A stretch of 64,000 nucleotides of DNA from Vicinamibacterales bacterium (GTDB lineage: Bacteria; Acidobacteriota; Vicinamibacteria; Vicinamibacterales; UBA2999): contig CAXNKG010000008.1 in NCBI GenBank assembly GCA_964202965.1, positions 17,968 to 81,967 of the forward strand, read 5' to 3'. The notes under the pieces are model-generated. The model had not been told where the DNA came from and ran no database searches. It saw only the letters and a program-made list of their open reading frames with translations. Made by a program: the position numbers and the translations under genes. Within the stretch, counting starts at the first letter, position 1, and each line of letters starts with the position of its first letter. Below, piece after piece: positions 47,732 to 57,686 of the stretch.

Positions 47732-50700
47732 ATGACCGATCAGCCGCCGCCCCGGGCACCACGGGGGCGGGCGATAACCTTCTTCATCATCGTGGCCGCG
47801 CTCGCCGCGGCGGGGGTTGTGTTCGCGCTACTCCTGCACGCGCCATTCACGCGCGGGGCCGTGCTCGGGTACGTCCTTCCCAGGATCGAGCGTGACTACC
47901 AGCTTCAACTGACCGCTTCGCGGCTCGACTACAACCTGGCCGCGTTGCGCGTCGGACTGGCGGATGTCCGGTTCGCGGCCCCCCACGCGCCAGACGCCCC
48001 CTTCTTCATCGCCGACTACGTCCTCGTGGACCTGCCCTGGGGCAGCCTCCTGGGCAACATCGTTCTTGATGACGTCAGCGTCACGAACGGCGTTGTCGTC
48101 GTCAGACGAGACGTGGACGGTACGACCAACCTGCCGGCGGGCTCCGGCGAGCAGGGTGGCGAGCCCGCCGCGCTGCGAATCAATCGGCTGGGCGTCAACC
48201 GCCTCACCGTTGATCTGAACGACGCGCAGGCCATCGCGAGCCTGTGGCTCCCGGCTGTGGCTATCGAGCTGACGCCGGCCGAAGGCTTCCTCCGTATGGA
48301 GACCGCAGGATTTGTACGCACCGAGACACAGGAGACCGCGATTCAGCAATTCAGTGGCGGTGCGCGCTTCGACGGACGGGCGCTTCACCTGTCGAACGTC
48401 GACCTCCGCACGGCTGATGCGAGTGCGCGCATCAACGGCGCGGTGACGGTGATTGCGCGAGACCCGTCGGTGGACCTCACGATTGCCGGAAGCGCCGATG
48501 TGACACGCGTGTCGCGATGGTTCGTCGCCGACGGGGAGCTGCCCACCGGGATGGTCGCGTTCGATGCCGCCGTCGAAGGACCGTTCACGGCGATCACCAC
48601 CGTGGCGAGCGTCACGTCGGAGCGCCTTGCGCTGGGTGGCGTGGTGCTGACCGGGTTGGACGGGCGCGCGCGAGTGACGTCAACGGCCGCCGACGTCGAG
48701 CGGATCGGCTTCGGCTTCGCGGGCGGGACGGTGTCGGCGATGGGCGTGCTGCCGCTCGACGAGGCGGGAAGCGGCCGCCTGTCGGCGTCATGGACACGCG
48801 TGGACGCTGCCGCCGCCATACGGGCTGTGGCTCCTGGCGCCGAGCTGATGCCGTCCGGCGAGTTCTCGGGCGACATCAGCATGGACGGCACGGGTCTCGC
48901 GTTCGAACGGTGGAGAGGGCTGGTGCGCCTGGCGCTCGAGGGCGGCGCGACGCGCCGGGGAGAGATCCCTGCGCCCGGCAGCTCGATCGTGCGGCTCGAT
49001 GAGGGCCGGTGGCATCTCGAAGGGCGTCACCTCGTGGGTGGCGTGGCTTCGGCGGGGGTCGTGCTGAGCGGGACCACCGCCAGCAGCATCGTTGCCGGCG
49101 ATATCGACCTCGCGCCGACGAGCCTCATCTCGCTGGCGGACGTGCTGCGCGGCGCCGGCCTGGCGGAGGTCAATCGCGACGTCGTCACCGGTGGCTCAAT
49201 CGCGGGCACGCTGCGCGTCACGGGCGAGATGACCGACCCCGTCATCACAAGCGACATTGCGGTGCGCGAGCTCGCGACTGCCGACGCGTCAATTTCGCTG
49301 ATTGAAGCGACGATCAGCGGACGTCCGGCCGGGCCCGCTCTGGACTTCAGCGCCGCCGCGTCCGGCGCCGTACTCGCCGGAGAGCCGTTTGCCGATCTCC
49401 GGGCGGCGGGCCGGATCGTCGAATCGATGGTGCTGCTGGACGGCGTGACGGCCGCGCAGCCGTCGACCGCGGGCGTGCTGAACGCGCGCGGCACGTACGA
49501 TCTCGACTCGGGACGCTACGACGTACGGGTCGAGGGCTCGGGCTGGCGGGTCTCCCCGACACCAGACCGGCCCGGCGCTGCCGACATTGCCCTGACGTTC
49601 ACAGGGACGGGGACGGTTGACGACCCCGCCGGTGCTGGAACTGTCGCCATCCGGGACGCCGCGTGGGAGATGACCGGCCTTGGCGACATGACCGCCTCGT
49701 TCGAACTGGCCCGGCGCAGCGCGCACATCACGGCCGAGGCCCCGGCGTTTGCCGTGACCGCGGACGTTCAGGTCGCGCTCGACGCGCCATACGCCGCGAC
49801 CGTCGACGCGCGTGCGGCGGGCCTCGACCTGGCCCGGCTGCTTCGGGGCATCGACACGCCAGTGCCCATTTCCGGGACGACGACCGTCGCGATTCGTGCA
49901 GAAGGGCCGCTCGAATCATGGCGCACGGGTACCGCATCAATCGAGGTGACATCACTCGCCGCCCGTGCCGGCGATCTCGACGTGAGCCTGGCAGAGACGG
50001 CGCGTGCGCGCTACGGCTCGGAGCGCGTGTTTATCGATCGCCTCGAAGTGGAGGCCGAAGACCTTCGGGTGTCAGCGTCCGGCGACCTGGCGACATTCGG
50101 AGGCAGCGCGGGAGGCGCTCCCGCCTCGGGTCTTCTCGTCACGATGATCGGCGACGTGGGTCAGGTCGTGCGCGCTGCTGCGGCTGCAGGGCTCACCGAG
50201 CTGCCTGTTACCGGCGGCACCGGTCCGGTCGCCTTGCTCGCACGCATCACGGGCGCCGTCGAAGATCCCGTGATCGCCGCCGACCTCGAGGTGGGTCCTG
50301 GGACGGTGACCCTCCGGGACCTGCCGCCGGCATCGAATATCCGACTCCGCGCGCACGCCGAAGACGGCTGGGTCGAGCTCCGCGAAGCGCAGGTGACCTA
50401 CGAGGGCGCCGACATCACCGCAACCGGCAAGGCGCTCGTTCAACCACGATCCGGGGAACTTCACGCGCGCGCCACGAACCTGACTGCCGCTGTGCTTCGT
50501 CCGTTCGTCGATCCTGGAACCCTGGATGAAGTGACCGGCTCCGTTGACGCCACCCTCGACCTCGTCGCTCCGACACTCGAACTGTCCGACCTGACCGGCG
50601 AGCTGCGTATCGACCGCCTTGATGTGCGCGTGGCGGACCTGCCGGTGACCCAGCGTGTGCCGACGAGAATCGTGGCGCGCGACGGGTTCGCGCGCGTGGA

Positions 50701-53700
50701 AGCCTGGGAATGGGTAGGGCAGGGCGCCACGCTCGGTGTCCGCGGCCAGGTGCGGCTCGAGGACCGTCAGGCCGCCATTCTTGCCAACGGCGTCATCGAC
50801 CTGCGGATGCTCACGCCATTCGTGCGCGACGCGGGCATGACCACCGCCGGCCGGATGGAGCCGCGTCTCTCCATCACCGGGCCGATCGACAGCCCCCGGA
50901 TCGACGGCGATGTCCTCGTGAGTGACGGTGAAGTGCGGCTCGTCGACCCGCGAGTGGTCGTGTCGGGTCTGACGGTCCGGACGGTGCTATCGCGCATGTC
51001 CGGCCGCATCACCGAGCTCGCCGGCTCGATCAACGGCGGCACACTCACCGGCGGAGGGGCCGTCGACTTCAACGACGACGGGCAGCTCGGCCTGCAGCTG
51101 AGCAGCGACATCCGCGGTATGGCGCTCGAGTTTCCAGCCGGTCTTCGCAGCGAAATCGACGCCGCGCTCGGGCTCTCCTTCGTGGCGCCGGAGCCGATGT
51201 CGGGGCTGCTGTCGGGAACGGTCACCGTCGTCCGCGGCTCGTATCGCGAGCCGCTTGCCGTGGTGACCGGCTTGCTCGCCGCGTCACGGGCGCGGCAGCT
51301 GGCGGCCGCCGCCGAGCCGTCGCCGCTCCTCGATGCCCTTGCGCTGGACGTGCGCGTGACGACCGACGAAGACATCTTCGTGGACAACAACTACGGCCGC
51401 TTCCAGCTTGGAGGCGACTTCCGCCTGATTGGAACGGCCTCGGCGCCTGGAATGTCCGGACGGGCGGAGTTGCGCGAAGGCGGCCAGTTGTTTGTCGGAC
51501 GCAATGCGTACACGGTGAACTTCGGGGCCATCGATTTCACGAGTGCCGCGGCAATCGAGCCGAACCTCAACGTCGAGGTCACGACCCGCGCCGGCGGGGA
51601 AGACATCGACGTCTCCCTGACCGGGCCCGCTGAAAGTCCCACGGTCACACTGGCGTCGCCCTCGAATCCCGATCTCGGCGAGGCGGAGCTCGCCTCGCTC
51701 CTGCTGACTGGGCGGCAGCTCGAGGACCTGGCGCCCGGCGATGCGGCATTCGTCGGGACGCAGGTGCTGGGCAATTTCTCCGCCGAGGTGCTGGGCTTCG
51801 CCAGCCGCGCCGTGGGTCTCGACACCCTGCGTCTCGGCGGCGTCGACACCCCGACGACGCGGCGCGATCCGACCGCCATCGCCACGGAGCTCGATCCGAC
51901 AACGCGGGTGACGTTCGGCAAGAGCATCGGATCTGACGTCGACGTGACGTTCTCCCAGAGCCTGCGTGACAGCGACGCCCAGACGTGGATCGTGGACTAT
52001 CTTCCGGCCCGCGGGCTTGAACTGCGGCTCGTGTCCGGCGACGAGGACCTGCGATCGTACGGGTTCCGTCACGATGTCGCCTTTGGCGGCGCTCCGCGCA
52101 CCGCTCAGACGGCGGCCGTGCGCGCCGATGTGCGGGTGGCGAGGATCGATCTCGCCGGTGATGTGGCGCTGCCGGAGATGCGCGTCCGCGGTTCGCTCCG
52201 GCTGGCGCCGGGCGACAGGTTCGATTTTGCGAGCTGGCAGGAGGACCGCGACCGGCTCGATGCCCTGTATCTCGACGAGGGGTATCTGACGGCACGGATC
52301 AACGCCCGGCGGATGGACGAGACAGAGGGTGTCGTGCTGATTTATGAGATCGAGGCAGGTCCCCTTGCCTCGGTTGAGATCACCGGCATCCCGGCGACGG
52401 CCGTCCTGCGCGAGCGCCTCGAGACGGCGTGGGCCACGTCGGTATTCGATGATTTTCTGATCGACGAAGCGGCGGGCATCGTTCGGGCCGATCTCGGCGC
52501 TGACGGCCACCTCCAGCCGGCGATCGACGTCACCCTTCGCGAGATGCCAGGGTCGAAGGTGTTGGCGATTGCCGTCGATTCCGGCCCGAGGACGACCCGC
52601 ATTGTGATTCGGGTCGATGGAGTAGACGAAGCACTCGGAAAGGAGATCCAGGCCAACCTCCGCGCACAGGGCCTCGAAGACGACGTGGTGTCGGAGGGTG
52701 ACCGGATCGAGGCGGAGGCGACGGCATTCCTGCGCCGCCGTGGATACCTCCGCGCGACTGTCACCGCCGGGACGCCGCTCTTCGAAGCCGACGAAGCGAC
52801 GCTCCCGCTGACGGTGGACGCCGGCGCCATCTTCGTCATCTCCGAGGTGTCGTTTCCGGGGTCCGGCGGCCTCGACATCGACGTGCGCGGCGTGGCGGGC
52901 GTGAATCCGGGAGAGCCGTACGCGCCGACCGCCATCGAGGAAGCCCGCCAGCGGCTCGTGGCCGTCTATCGGCGCGAAGGATTCGCCGCAGCGGCCGTCG
53001 CGGCGCGCCCCGTCGTCGATGAGGCGCGGCCGGACGTGGCGGTGGCCTTCGACGTGACGGAGGGCCCTCGTCAGGTGCTCAGCGAGGTCGCCATTACCGG
53101 CAACCGGCGGGTGGCGGAGGAGGTGATTCGCCGGGCACTCGACATGTCGGAAGGGGACCCGCTCCGGGCCGACGATGTGCTGCAGGCGCGTACGCGGGTG
53201 TTCAACACGGGACTCTTCCGCCGTATCGACGTCGCGTCCGAGCCCTCCACCGCCGCCGCGGCCGCCGCGGCCGACGCGACCACGACGTCCATGCGCCTGC
53301 ACGTCACGGTGGAAGAGTGGCCGGCCGTGCGTCTGCGGTACGGCTTGGTGGTGGCCGAAGAGCGGCCGGAAGACAAGCTGGACGGACGCGAGCTGGTGCC
53401 GGGCGTGTCCGCCGACGTCACGCGCCGCATGCTGTTTGGCCGGCCGATCGGGATTGGCACCGCCGTCACGCTGCAGCGCCGCGACCAGCGCGGCCGTGTC
53501 TTTGTGAACACCCCGACACTGTTCAGCCTGCCGATTGAAACGTCCCTGATCGGTGAACGATCGCGGGAGCAGTTCCAGGCGGTCAGCCTGGTCACGTACC
53601 GGGACAGCGTCACCTGGGAGCAACGCTCGCGGATCGCGCGGAACCTGACGCTGTCCTACGCCTACACCTTCGAGCGGAACCACACCTTCGACACCGACCC

Positions 53701-54328
53701 GAACGAAGGGGACGAGTTCGTATTCGACATCACGGTCAATATCGCGCGGCTCAACGGCGCCGTCGCCTGGGACACCCGCAACGACCCCACTGACACCACC
53801 CGAGGTGTGTTCGCGTCGTCGACGTCCGAGTACGCACCGGAAGCCGTCGGATCGGACATCAGGTTCATCCGTCAGCTCCAGCAGGCGTACTACTTCCGGC
53901 CGTGGCGCGGGATGGTGTTTGCGTCCGCCGCCAGAGCGGGGGTCGTCGTGCCGCTCGGGGGACAGGAGCTGATCGTGTCGGAGCGATTCTTCGCCGGCGG
54001 TTCGCGGTCGGTGCGTGGCGTGGCGGAGGAGGGGCTCGGTGGGCGCGACTTCTTCGGCGCCCCGACCGGTGGTCAGCTGATGGCCGTGCTCAACCAGGAA
54101 GTGCGGGTGCCGATTTACGGCTGGGTGCGGGGCGTCGGGTTTGTGGACGCCGGAAACGTGTTCACGAAGCCGCGCGACGGGAGTCTGCGCGATCTGGTGG
54201 GGTCGGTTGGCGTGGGTCTGCGGCTGGCGACGCCGTTTGCGCTGTTGCGGGTCGATTTCGCGAAAACGGCCTGGGGCGCGCCGGCGACCTCAGGCCGTTG
54301 GACGTTTGGGATTGGACAGGCGTTCTAG
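47732..54328 (+). CDS. TamB/AsmA-like protein fused to POTRA domains and an Omp85 beta-barrel
   Basis: N-terminal TM helix, long Gly-rich beta-repeat region, DUF490-like segment, POTRA repeats (LY...GY), FAGGSRSVRG, GFVDAGNV, C-terminal FGIGQAF. Confidence 0.85.
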   Translation: MTDQPPPRAPRGRAITFFIIVAALAAAGVVFALLLHAPFTRGAVLGYVLPRIERDYQLQLTASRLDYNLAALRVGLADVRFAAPHAPDAPFFIADYVLVDLPWGSLLGNIVLDDVSVTNGVVVVRRDVDGTTNLPAGSGEQGGEPAALRINRLGVNRLTVDLNDAQAIASLWLPAVAIELTPAEGFLRMETAGFVRTETQETAIQQFSGGARFDGRALHLSNVDLRTADASARINGAVTVIARDPSVDLTIAGSADVTRVSRWFVADGELPTGMVAFDAAVEGPFTAITTVASVTSERLALGGVVLTGLDGRARVTSTAADVERIGFGFAGGTVSAMGVLPLDEAGSGRLSASWTRVDAAAAIRAVAPGAELMPSGEFSGDISMDGTGLAFERWRGLVRLALEGGATRRGEIPAPGSSIVRLDEGRWHLEGRHLVGGVASAGVVLSGTTASSIVAGDIDLAPTSLISLADVLRGAGLAEVNRDVVTGGSIAGTLRVTGEMTDPVITSDIAVRELATADASISLIEATISGRPAGPALDFSAAASGAVLAGEPFADLRAAGRIVESMVLLDGVTAAQPSTAGVLNARGTYDLDSGRYDVRVEGSGWRVSPTPDRPGAADIALTFTGTGTVDDPAGAGTVAIRDAAWEMTGLGDMTASFELARRSAHITAEAPAFAVTADVQVALDAPYAATVDARAAGLDLARLLRGIDTPVPISGTTTVAIRAEGPLESWRTGTASIEVTSLAARAGDLDVSLAETARARYGSERVFIDRLEVEAEDLRVSASGDLATFGGSAGGAPASGLLVTMIGDVGQVVRAAAAAGLTELPVTGGTGPVALLARITGAVEDPVIAADLEVGPGTVTLRDLPPASNIRLRAHAEDGWVELREAQVTYEGADITATGKALVQPRSGELHARATNLTAAVLRPFVDPGTLDEVTGSVDATLDLVAPTLELSDLTGELRIDRLDVRVADLPVTQRVPTRIVARDGFARVEAWEWVGQGATLGVRGQVRLEDRQAAILANGVIDLRMLTPFVRDAGMTTAGRMEPRLSITGPIDSPRIDGDVLVSDGEVRLVDPRVVVSGLTVRTVLSRMSGRITELAGSINGGTLTGGGAVDFNDDGQLGLQLSSDIRGMALEFPAGLRSEIDAALGLSFVAPEPMSGLLSGTVTVVRGSYREPLAVVTGLLAASRARQLAAAAEPSPLLDALALDVRVTTDEDIFVDNNYGRFQLGGDFRLIGTASAPGMSGRAELREGGQLFVGRNAYTVNFGAIDFTSAAAIEPNLNVEVTTRAGGEDIDVSLTGPAESPTVTLASPSNPDLGEAELASLLLTGRQLEDLAPGDAAFVGTQVLGNFSAEVLGFASRAVGLDTLRLGGVDTPTTRRDPTAIATELDPTTRVTFGKSIGSDVDVTFSQSLRDSDAQTWIVDYLPARGLELRLVSGDEDLRSYGFRHDVAFGGAPRTAQTAAVRADVRVARIDLAGDVALPEMRVRGSLRLAPGDRFDFASWQEDRDRLDALYLDEGYLTARINARRMDETEGVVLIYEIEAGPLASVEITGIPATAVLRERLETAWATSVFDDFLIDEAAGIVRADLGADGHLQPAIDVTLREMPGSKVLAIAVDSGPRTTRIVIRVDGVDEALGKEIQANLRAQGLEDDVVSEGDRIEAEATAFLRRRGYLRATVTAGTPLFEADEATLPLTVDAGAIFVISEVSFPGSGGLDIDVRGVAGVNPGEPYAPTAIEEARQRLVAVYRREGFAAAAVAARPVVDEARPDVAVAFDVTEGPRQVLSEVAITGNRRVAEEVIRRALDMSEGDPLRADDVLQARTRVFNTGLFRRIDVASEPSTAAAAAAADATTTSMRLHVTVEEWPAVRLRYGLVVAEERPEDKLDGRELVPGVSADVTRRMLFGRPIGIGTAVTLQRRDQRGRVFVNTPTLFSLPIETSLIGERSREQFQAVSLVTYRDSVTWEQRSRIARNLTLSYAYTFERNHTFDTDPNEGDEFVFDITVNIARLNGAVAWDTRNDPTDTTRGVFASSTSEYAPEAVGSDIRFIRQLQQAYYFRPWRGMVFASAARAGVVVPLGGQELIVSERFFAGGSRSVRGVAEEGLGGRDFFGAPTGGQLMAVLNQEVRVPIYGWVRGVGFVDAGNVFTKPRDGSLRDLVGSVGVGLRLATPFALLRVDFAKTAWGAPATSGRWTFGIGQAF

Positions 54329-54461
54329 GGTTCCTGGGGTTCCTGGGGTTCCTGGGGTTCCTGGGGTTCCTGGGGTTCCTGGGGTTCCTGGGGTGCCTGG
54401 GGTGCCTAGGGTTCCTGGGGTGCCTAGAGTTCCTAGAGTTCCTAGAGTGCCTGGAGTTCCG
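54327..54461. repeat. Tandem 9-mer array (RGRGTKCCT) x15 between convergent genes
   Basis: GGGGTTCCT x6 perfect, then GGGGTGCCT / AGAGTTCCT variants. Confidence 0.95.
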
Positions 54462-54464
54462 GGT

Positions 54465-55073
54465 CTAGCGGCCTCGGACCGTTTTCATGATCTGCAGCAC
54501 TTCTGGGCGTTCGGGCGCCTCGGGGGCCAGCTTCAGGAACTGTTCGAAGTGGTTCGCCATGCGGTCGGGCCGGCCGGCGCGGTAGTGCATCAGGCCGCCG
54601 TAGTAGTGCGCGTAGGCGAGCGCCGGATTCAGGTCCGATGCGCGATCGAACGCGTCGGCGGCCCCGCGCCAGTCTTCGCGCTTCGCGAGGACCAGGCCGA
54701 GCTGATAATGCGCTTCCGGCAGTCGGCCGGCGCGTGAGACCGCTTCCCGCGCCGCGTCGAGCGCCGCATCGGTGTTGTCGTCCAGCAGGAGCTGGGCGGA
54801 CAGCCCGATAAAGTGCCACGGGTCGTCCTCGGGAAGCACCACGAGCTCACCGTAGTCCGCACGCGCCTGTTCGACGGCCCCAAGCTTCTGATGGCTCTGG
54901 GCCGCCGTGTAGATCACGTCGGGGGCCTGGGCATCGCCGGCCGTTTCCACCACCTGCTGATACTGCCCGGCCTCATACAGCCGCCGGACCTGCGCGGCGT
55001 CCTGGGCCGAGGCCAGCGAGGGGGCGAGAAGCATCGCAATCAGGAATGTCTTCATGGTTGCACTCATCTTCAT
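54465..55073 (-). CDS. Secreted tetratricopeptide-repeat protein
   Basis: Signal peptide; EAHYQLGLVL, AYAHYYGG, FLKLAP. Confidence 0.8.
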   Translation of the reverse strand: MKMSATMKTFLIAMLLAPSLASAQDAAQVRRLYEAGQYQQVVETAGDAQAPDVIYTAAQSHQKLGAVEQARADYGELVVLPEDDPWHFIGLSAQLLLDDNTDAALDAAREAVSRAGRLPEAHYQLGLVLAKREDWRGAADAFDRASDLNPALAYAHYYGGLMHYRAGRPDRMANHFEQFLKLAPEAPERPEVLQIMKTVRGR

Positions 55074-55098
55074 GCTGCATTCATTGTACGGCACCAGT

Positions 55099-55114
55099 TG
55101 CGCTTCGCGTGCCA
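55099..55114 (-). promoter_or_regulatory. Possible sigma-54 promoter of the TPR gene
   Basis: TGGCACGCGAAGCGCA (perfect -24 box, GG-N10-GC). Confidence 0.5.
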
Positions 55115-55507
55115 ACGCGGGCGGCTCTGCAACCTGTTGCGAATACAAGGAAAGCGAGGCGGTCCTTCTGCGCCTGTCCGGTTTTTGCGTCGTCCTGCGC
55201 TGTGGCGGGCTGACGGTCCTGTCCTCGGGAGGGGAGCCCGTGAGCGTGGGCGGCCGGGAGGGGACGGGGGGACGGCGTTCAGGCTGACATGCAGCCACGG
55301 TCGCAGCGCGATGCCTGCTATGCAGATCCGCATATTCCGTCCCGGTGGGCGTCTGCGATTCAGCGCAAGGCACGCCTCATGAACGAGTTCCGAAGCGTTT
55401 GAGCGCCGCCGCAATGGGCGCTACACTGCGGCCGTCGCAGGCGTATTTGGATTATCCAGATCCGCCTACTATTCGTTAGCCGGAATAGCTTGGAGTCTTT
55501 CCAAGAT

Positions 55508-55795
55508 TCAAGCGGCCGACAGCTTCGCGACCCGAAGTGTCTTGCGATGTCGTTCGGCATGCCAGAGGTCGTACTGCACTTGCTGGTTCATCCAACTCTC
55601 GGCGGTCGTGCCGAAGGCGAGCGACAGTCGTACCGCCATTTCGGGACTAATCCCGGCGCGGCCGTTCAGGATGCTCGAGAGCGTCTTCCGACTCACCCCC
55701 AGTGCGGCTGCGGCCTGGGTGACCGTCAGCCCCAACGGCTTCAAGCACAATTCCAGGAGTACTTCGCCGGGGTGTGGCGGGTTGTGCATCTTCAT
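55508..55795 (-). CDS. higA: HigA family antitoxin
   Basis: [36 protein letters not shown]. Confidence 0.92.
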   Translation of the reverse strand: MKMHNPPHPGEVLLELCLKPLGLTVTQAAAALGVSRKTLSSILNGRAGISPEMAVRLSLAFGTTAESWMNQQVQYDLWHAERHRKTLRVAKLSAA

Positions 55796-55805
55796 GATTT
55801 CGACC

Positions 55806-56087
55806 TCAGTGATAGTCCTCGTAGTCGACGCGTTCGGCCTCTTTAGCGGAAAAGCTGAACGTGACCCGCCAGTTGCCGCTCACTTTCACCGCCCACGTCC
55901 CTTTCCGCGTGCCCTGCAACTCGTGCAGGTCCAAGCCCGGCAGACCCAGGTCGCGTGGGTCAGCCGCTGCGTTCAAGTGGCCGAGAATCAGCCGAAGGCG
56001 GTCGCCGTGTTTCGACTGGATGCCCCGTCTATTCCCGGTGGCGAAGAAGCGTTCGAGCCCTTTGTGCCGAAAGCTCTTGATCGCCAC
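55806..56087 (-). CDS. higB: HigB (RelE family) toxin
   Basis: [39 protein letters not shown]. Confidence 0.92.
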   Translation of the reverse strand: MAIKSFRHKGLERFFATGNRRGIQSKHGDRLRLILGHLNAAADPRDLGLPGLDLHELQGTRKGTWAVKVSGNWRVTFSFSAKEAERVDYEDYH

Positions 56088-56096
56088 GAAGACCAG

Positions 56097-56115
56097 TGTA
56101 ACCTATGTGGTTACA
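56097..56115. promoter_or_regulatory. Probable higBA operator
   Basis: TGTAACC-N5-GGTTACA directly upstream of the toxin. Confidence 0.65.
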
Positions 56116-56126
56116 TGTGGCAATCC

Positions 56127-56210
56127 GGCTAACCTCCAAATGGAGCCGACGCGCGCGCTCGTCTGTGCCATCATGTCGCCGTCGCGCGCGGCTCATTTGG
56201 ACCGTTAGGC
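56127..56210 (+). mobile_element. attC recombination site (84 bp)
   Basis: R'' GGCTAAC, 5-nt spacer, L'' AATGGAGC, L' GCTCATT, 6-nt spacer, R' GTTAGGC; two unpaired bases in the left arm. Confidence 0.88.
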
Positions 56211-56376
56211 TGCGCGGTCGAAAGAAGCTGTTTTAGCCGCAACGTTGAACGCCTTCCTTGTCATGTCGAGTTCCCCCGCGTGGTTCCGACATTGAAGCCG
56301 ATCGATGCGCCAACGGCGGGAATCACTGGCGCTCGGGTAGGCGCGCCGCTCACCGTTGGAAGTAGGCTGTTACGAC

Positions 56377-56973
56377 ATGAGAACCCCCACGGTCTTCGTA
56401 GCCGCCCTCATCTGGGCAGTCCTGGTGGTGGCTGCGGTTCATTTTCTTGATTTCCCTGGGAGTGTCCCCAACTTTCAGCAGGCGAGCAGCGGCGGCGCGT
56501 TGTTGGACGCCGTGCCAGCATTCACGGCGGATAGCATTTACCAGCGACTCGACGCGTATGGCCACGAGGGACGAAAGAACTATTCCTTTAGAAATGTGAC
56601 CGTCGACGTTCTGCTGCCATTGAGCGCCCTGCCCTTTCTGTTTTTGCTCATGCTCAGGGCCGTGACTGCTGTCCCGGTCGGTCGTTCGTGGCGAGCGACG
56701 CTGCTCTCAGTGCCGCTTGTCTACGTCATTTTCGATCTTGTAGAGAACTCGATCGTCCTCGTTCTATTGAGTAGTTACCCCGAACGCATAAACGCGTTGG
56801 CGATGACCTTGCCCTCTGTGACGATCATAAAGAGAATCGCCTCCCTGCTTGCCATTGGCGTCCCCTTGATGATGCTTGGATTTCGGATTTTTTCGCAGGT
56901 TCCAGAAACCAAAGCTCCACCACACTGGGAAGGCGGGCTGACCTACGGCCGCTGGTGCAGCGGCGAATCGTGA
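56377..56973 (+). CDS. Membrane hypothetical protein (lower GC)
   Basis: About four hydrophobic segments; LDAYGHEGRKNY, FDLVEN. Confidence 0.7.
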   Translation: MRTPTVFVAALIWAVLVVAAVHFLDFPGSVPNFQQASSGGALLDAVPAFTADSIYQRLDAYGHEGRKNYSFRNVTVDVLLPLSALPFLFLLMLRAVTAVPVGRSWRATLLSVPLVYVIFDLVENSIVLVLLSSYPERINALAMTLPSVTIIKRIASLLAIGVPLMMLGFRIFSQVPETKAPPHWEGGLTYGRWCSGES

Positions 56974-57008
56974 GAAGGCTCGTGTACCGACCGGAATCTG
57001 AGGTGACA

Positions 57009-57686
57009 ATGAAGATCGCCGAGATTTGGCGATATCCGGTCAAGACAATGGCTGGAGAGAAGCTGGAACGCGTGGCCATTGGGTCCCTCGGTATCGAAGG
57101 TGATCGGGTCGTGCATGTCGAGAACGCCAAGGGTAGGGTCATCACCTCCCGTTCGCATCCGCGCTTTCTAGGGCATAAGGGCTCGCTCAGCCCGCATGGC
57201 AAGATCTTGGTCGACGGTCGGCCCTGGGACAGTCCGGAGGTTGCCGCCGAGGTCATGGATATTGCCGGGCCAGGCGCACGGCTTGTTCGCTACGACGGCG
57301 CCGAGCGATTCGACGTGTTGCCGCTGCTGGTGGCCACCGATGGCGCGATCGCCGCCTTCGGCCATGACGGACGCCGCTTGCGACCAAACATCGTGGTTGG
57401 CGGAGTCGAGGGCCTGAGCGAGAGAGAGTGGCCGGGCGCGTGCCTGCGAATTGGCAAAGTCCTCATCGGTGTTCAGGATCTGCGTCTGCGCTGCATCATG
57501 ACCTCATACGATCCCGACACCCAGGTTCAGGACAAGGAGATTACGCGAGGCATCTACCAGCGGTTCGACGGCAAGCTTGCGCTCAACTGCTTCATTATCG
57601 AAGGCGGCGAGATGACTCTTGGCGACGAGGTGCAACTGGTACCAGGGCGTTCCTGCGCTGGACCCGGTTTCCAGGTGACGCTGTGA
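57009..57686 (+). CDS. MOSC domain protein
   Basis: IWRYPVK, GDR, RLRPNIVV, RCIMT. Confidence 0.85.
   Translation: MKIAEIWRYPVKTMAGEKLERVAIGSLGIEGDRVVHVENAKGRVITSRSHPRFLGHKGSLSPHGKILVDGRPWDSPEVAAEVMDIAGPGARLVRYDGAERFDVLPLLVATDGAIAAFGHDGRRLRPNIVVGGVEGLSEREWPGACLRIGKVLIGVQDLRLRCIMTSYDPDTQVQDKEITRGIYQRFDGKLALNCFIIEGGEMTLGDEVQLVPGRSCAGPGFQVTL

Larger units (their letters stand above)
55475..56210 (+). mobile_element. Integron gene cassette carrying higBA in reverse orientation
   Basis: Starts G/TTAGCCGGA (55475-55484), the exact complement of TCCGGCTAAC (56124-56133) at its own attC. Confidence 0.85.

Noticed and set aside
54327-54461. Repeat arrays as CRISPR
   Set aside because: Contiguous 9-bp units without unique spacers; no cas genes in the window.
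53902-54737. ORFs with (FLG)n or (VPG)n peptide repeats
   Set aside because: Translations of the intergenic 9-mer array rather than real proteins.
55120-55474. attI or integrase upstream of the higBA cassette
   Set aside because: No tyrosine-recombinase ORF and no recognisable attI or attC structure.
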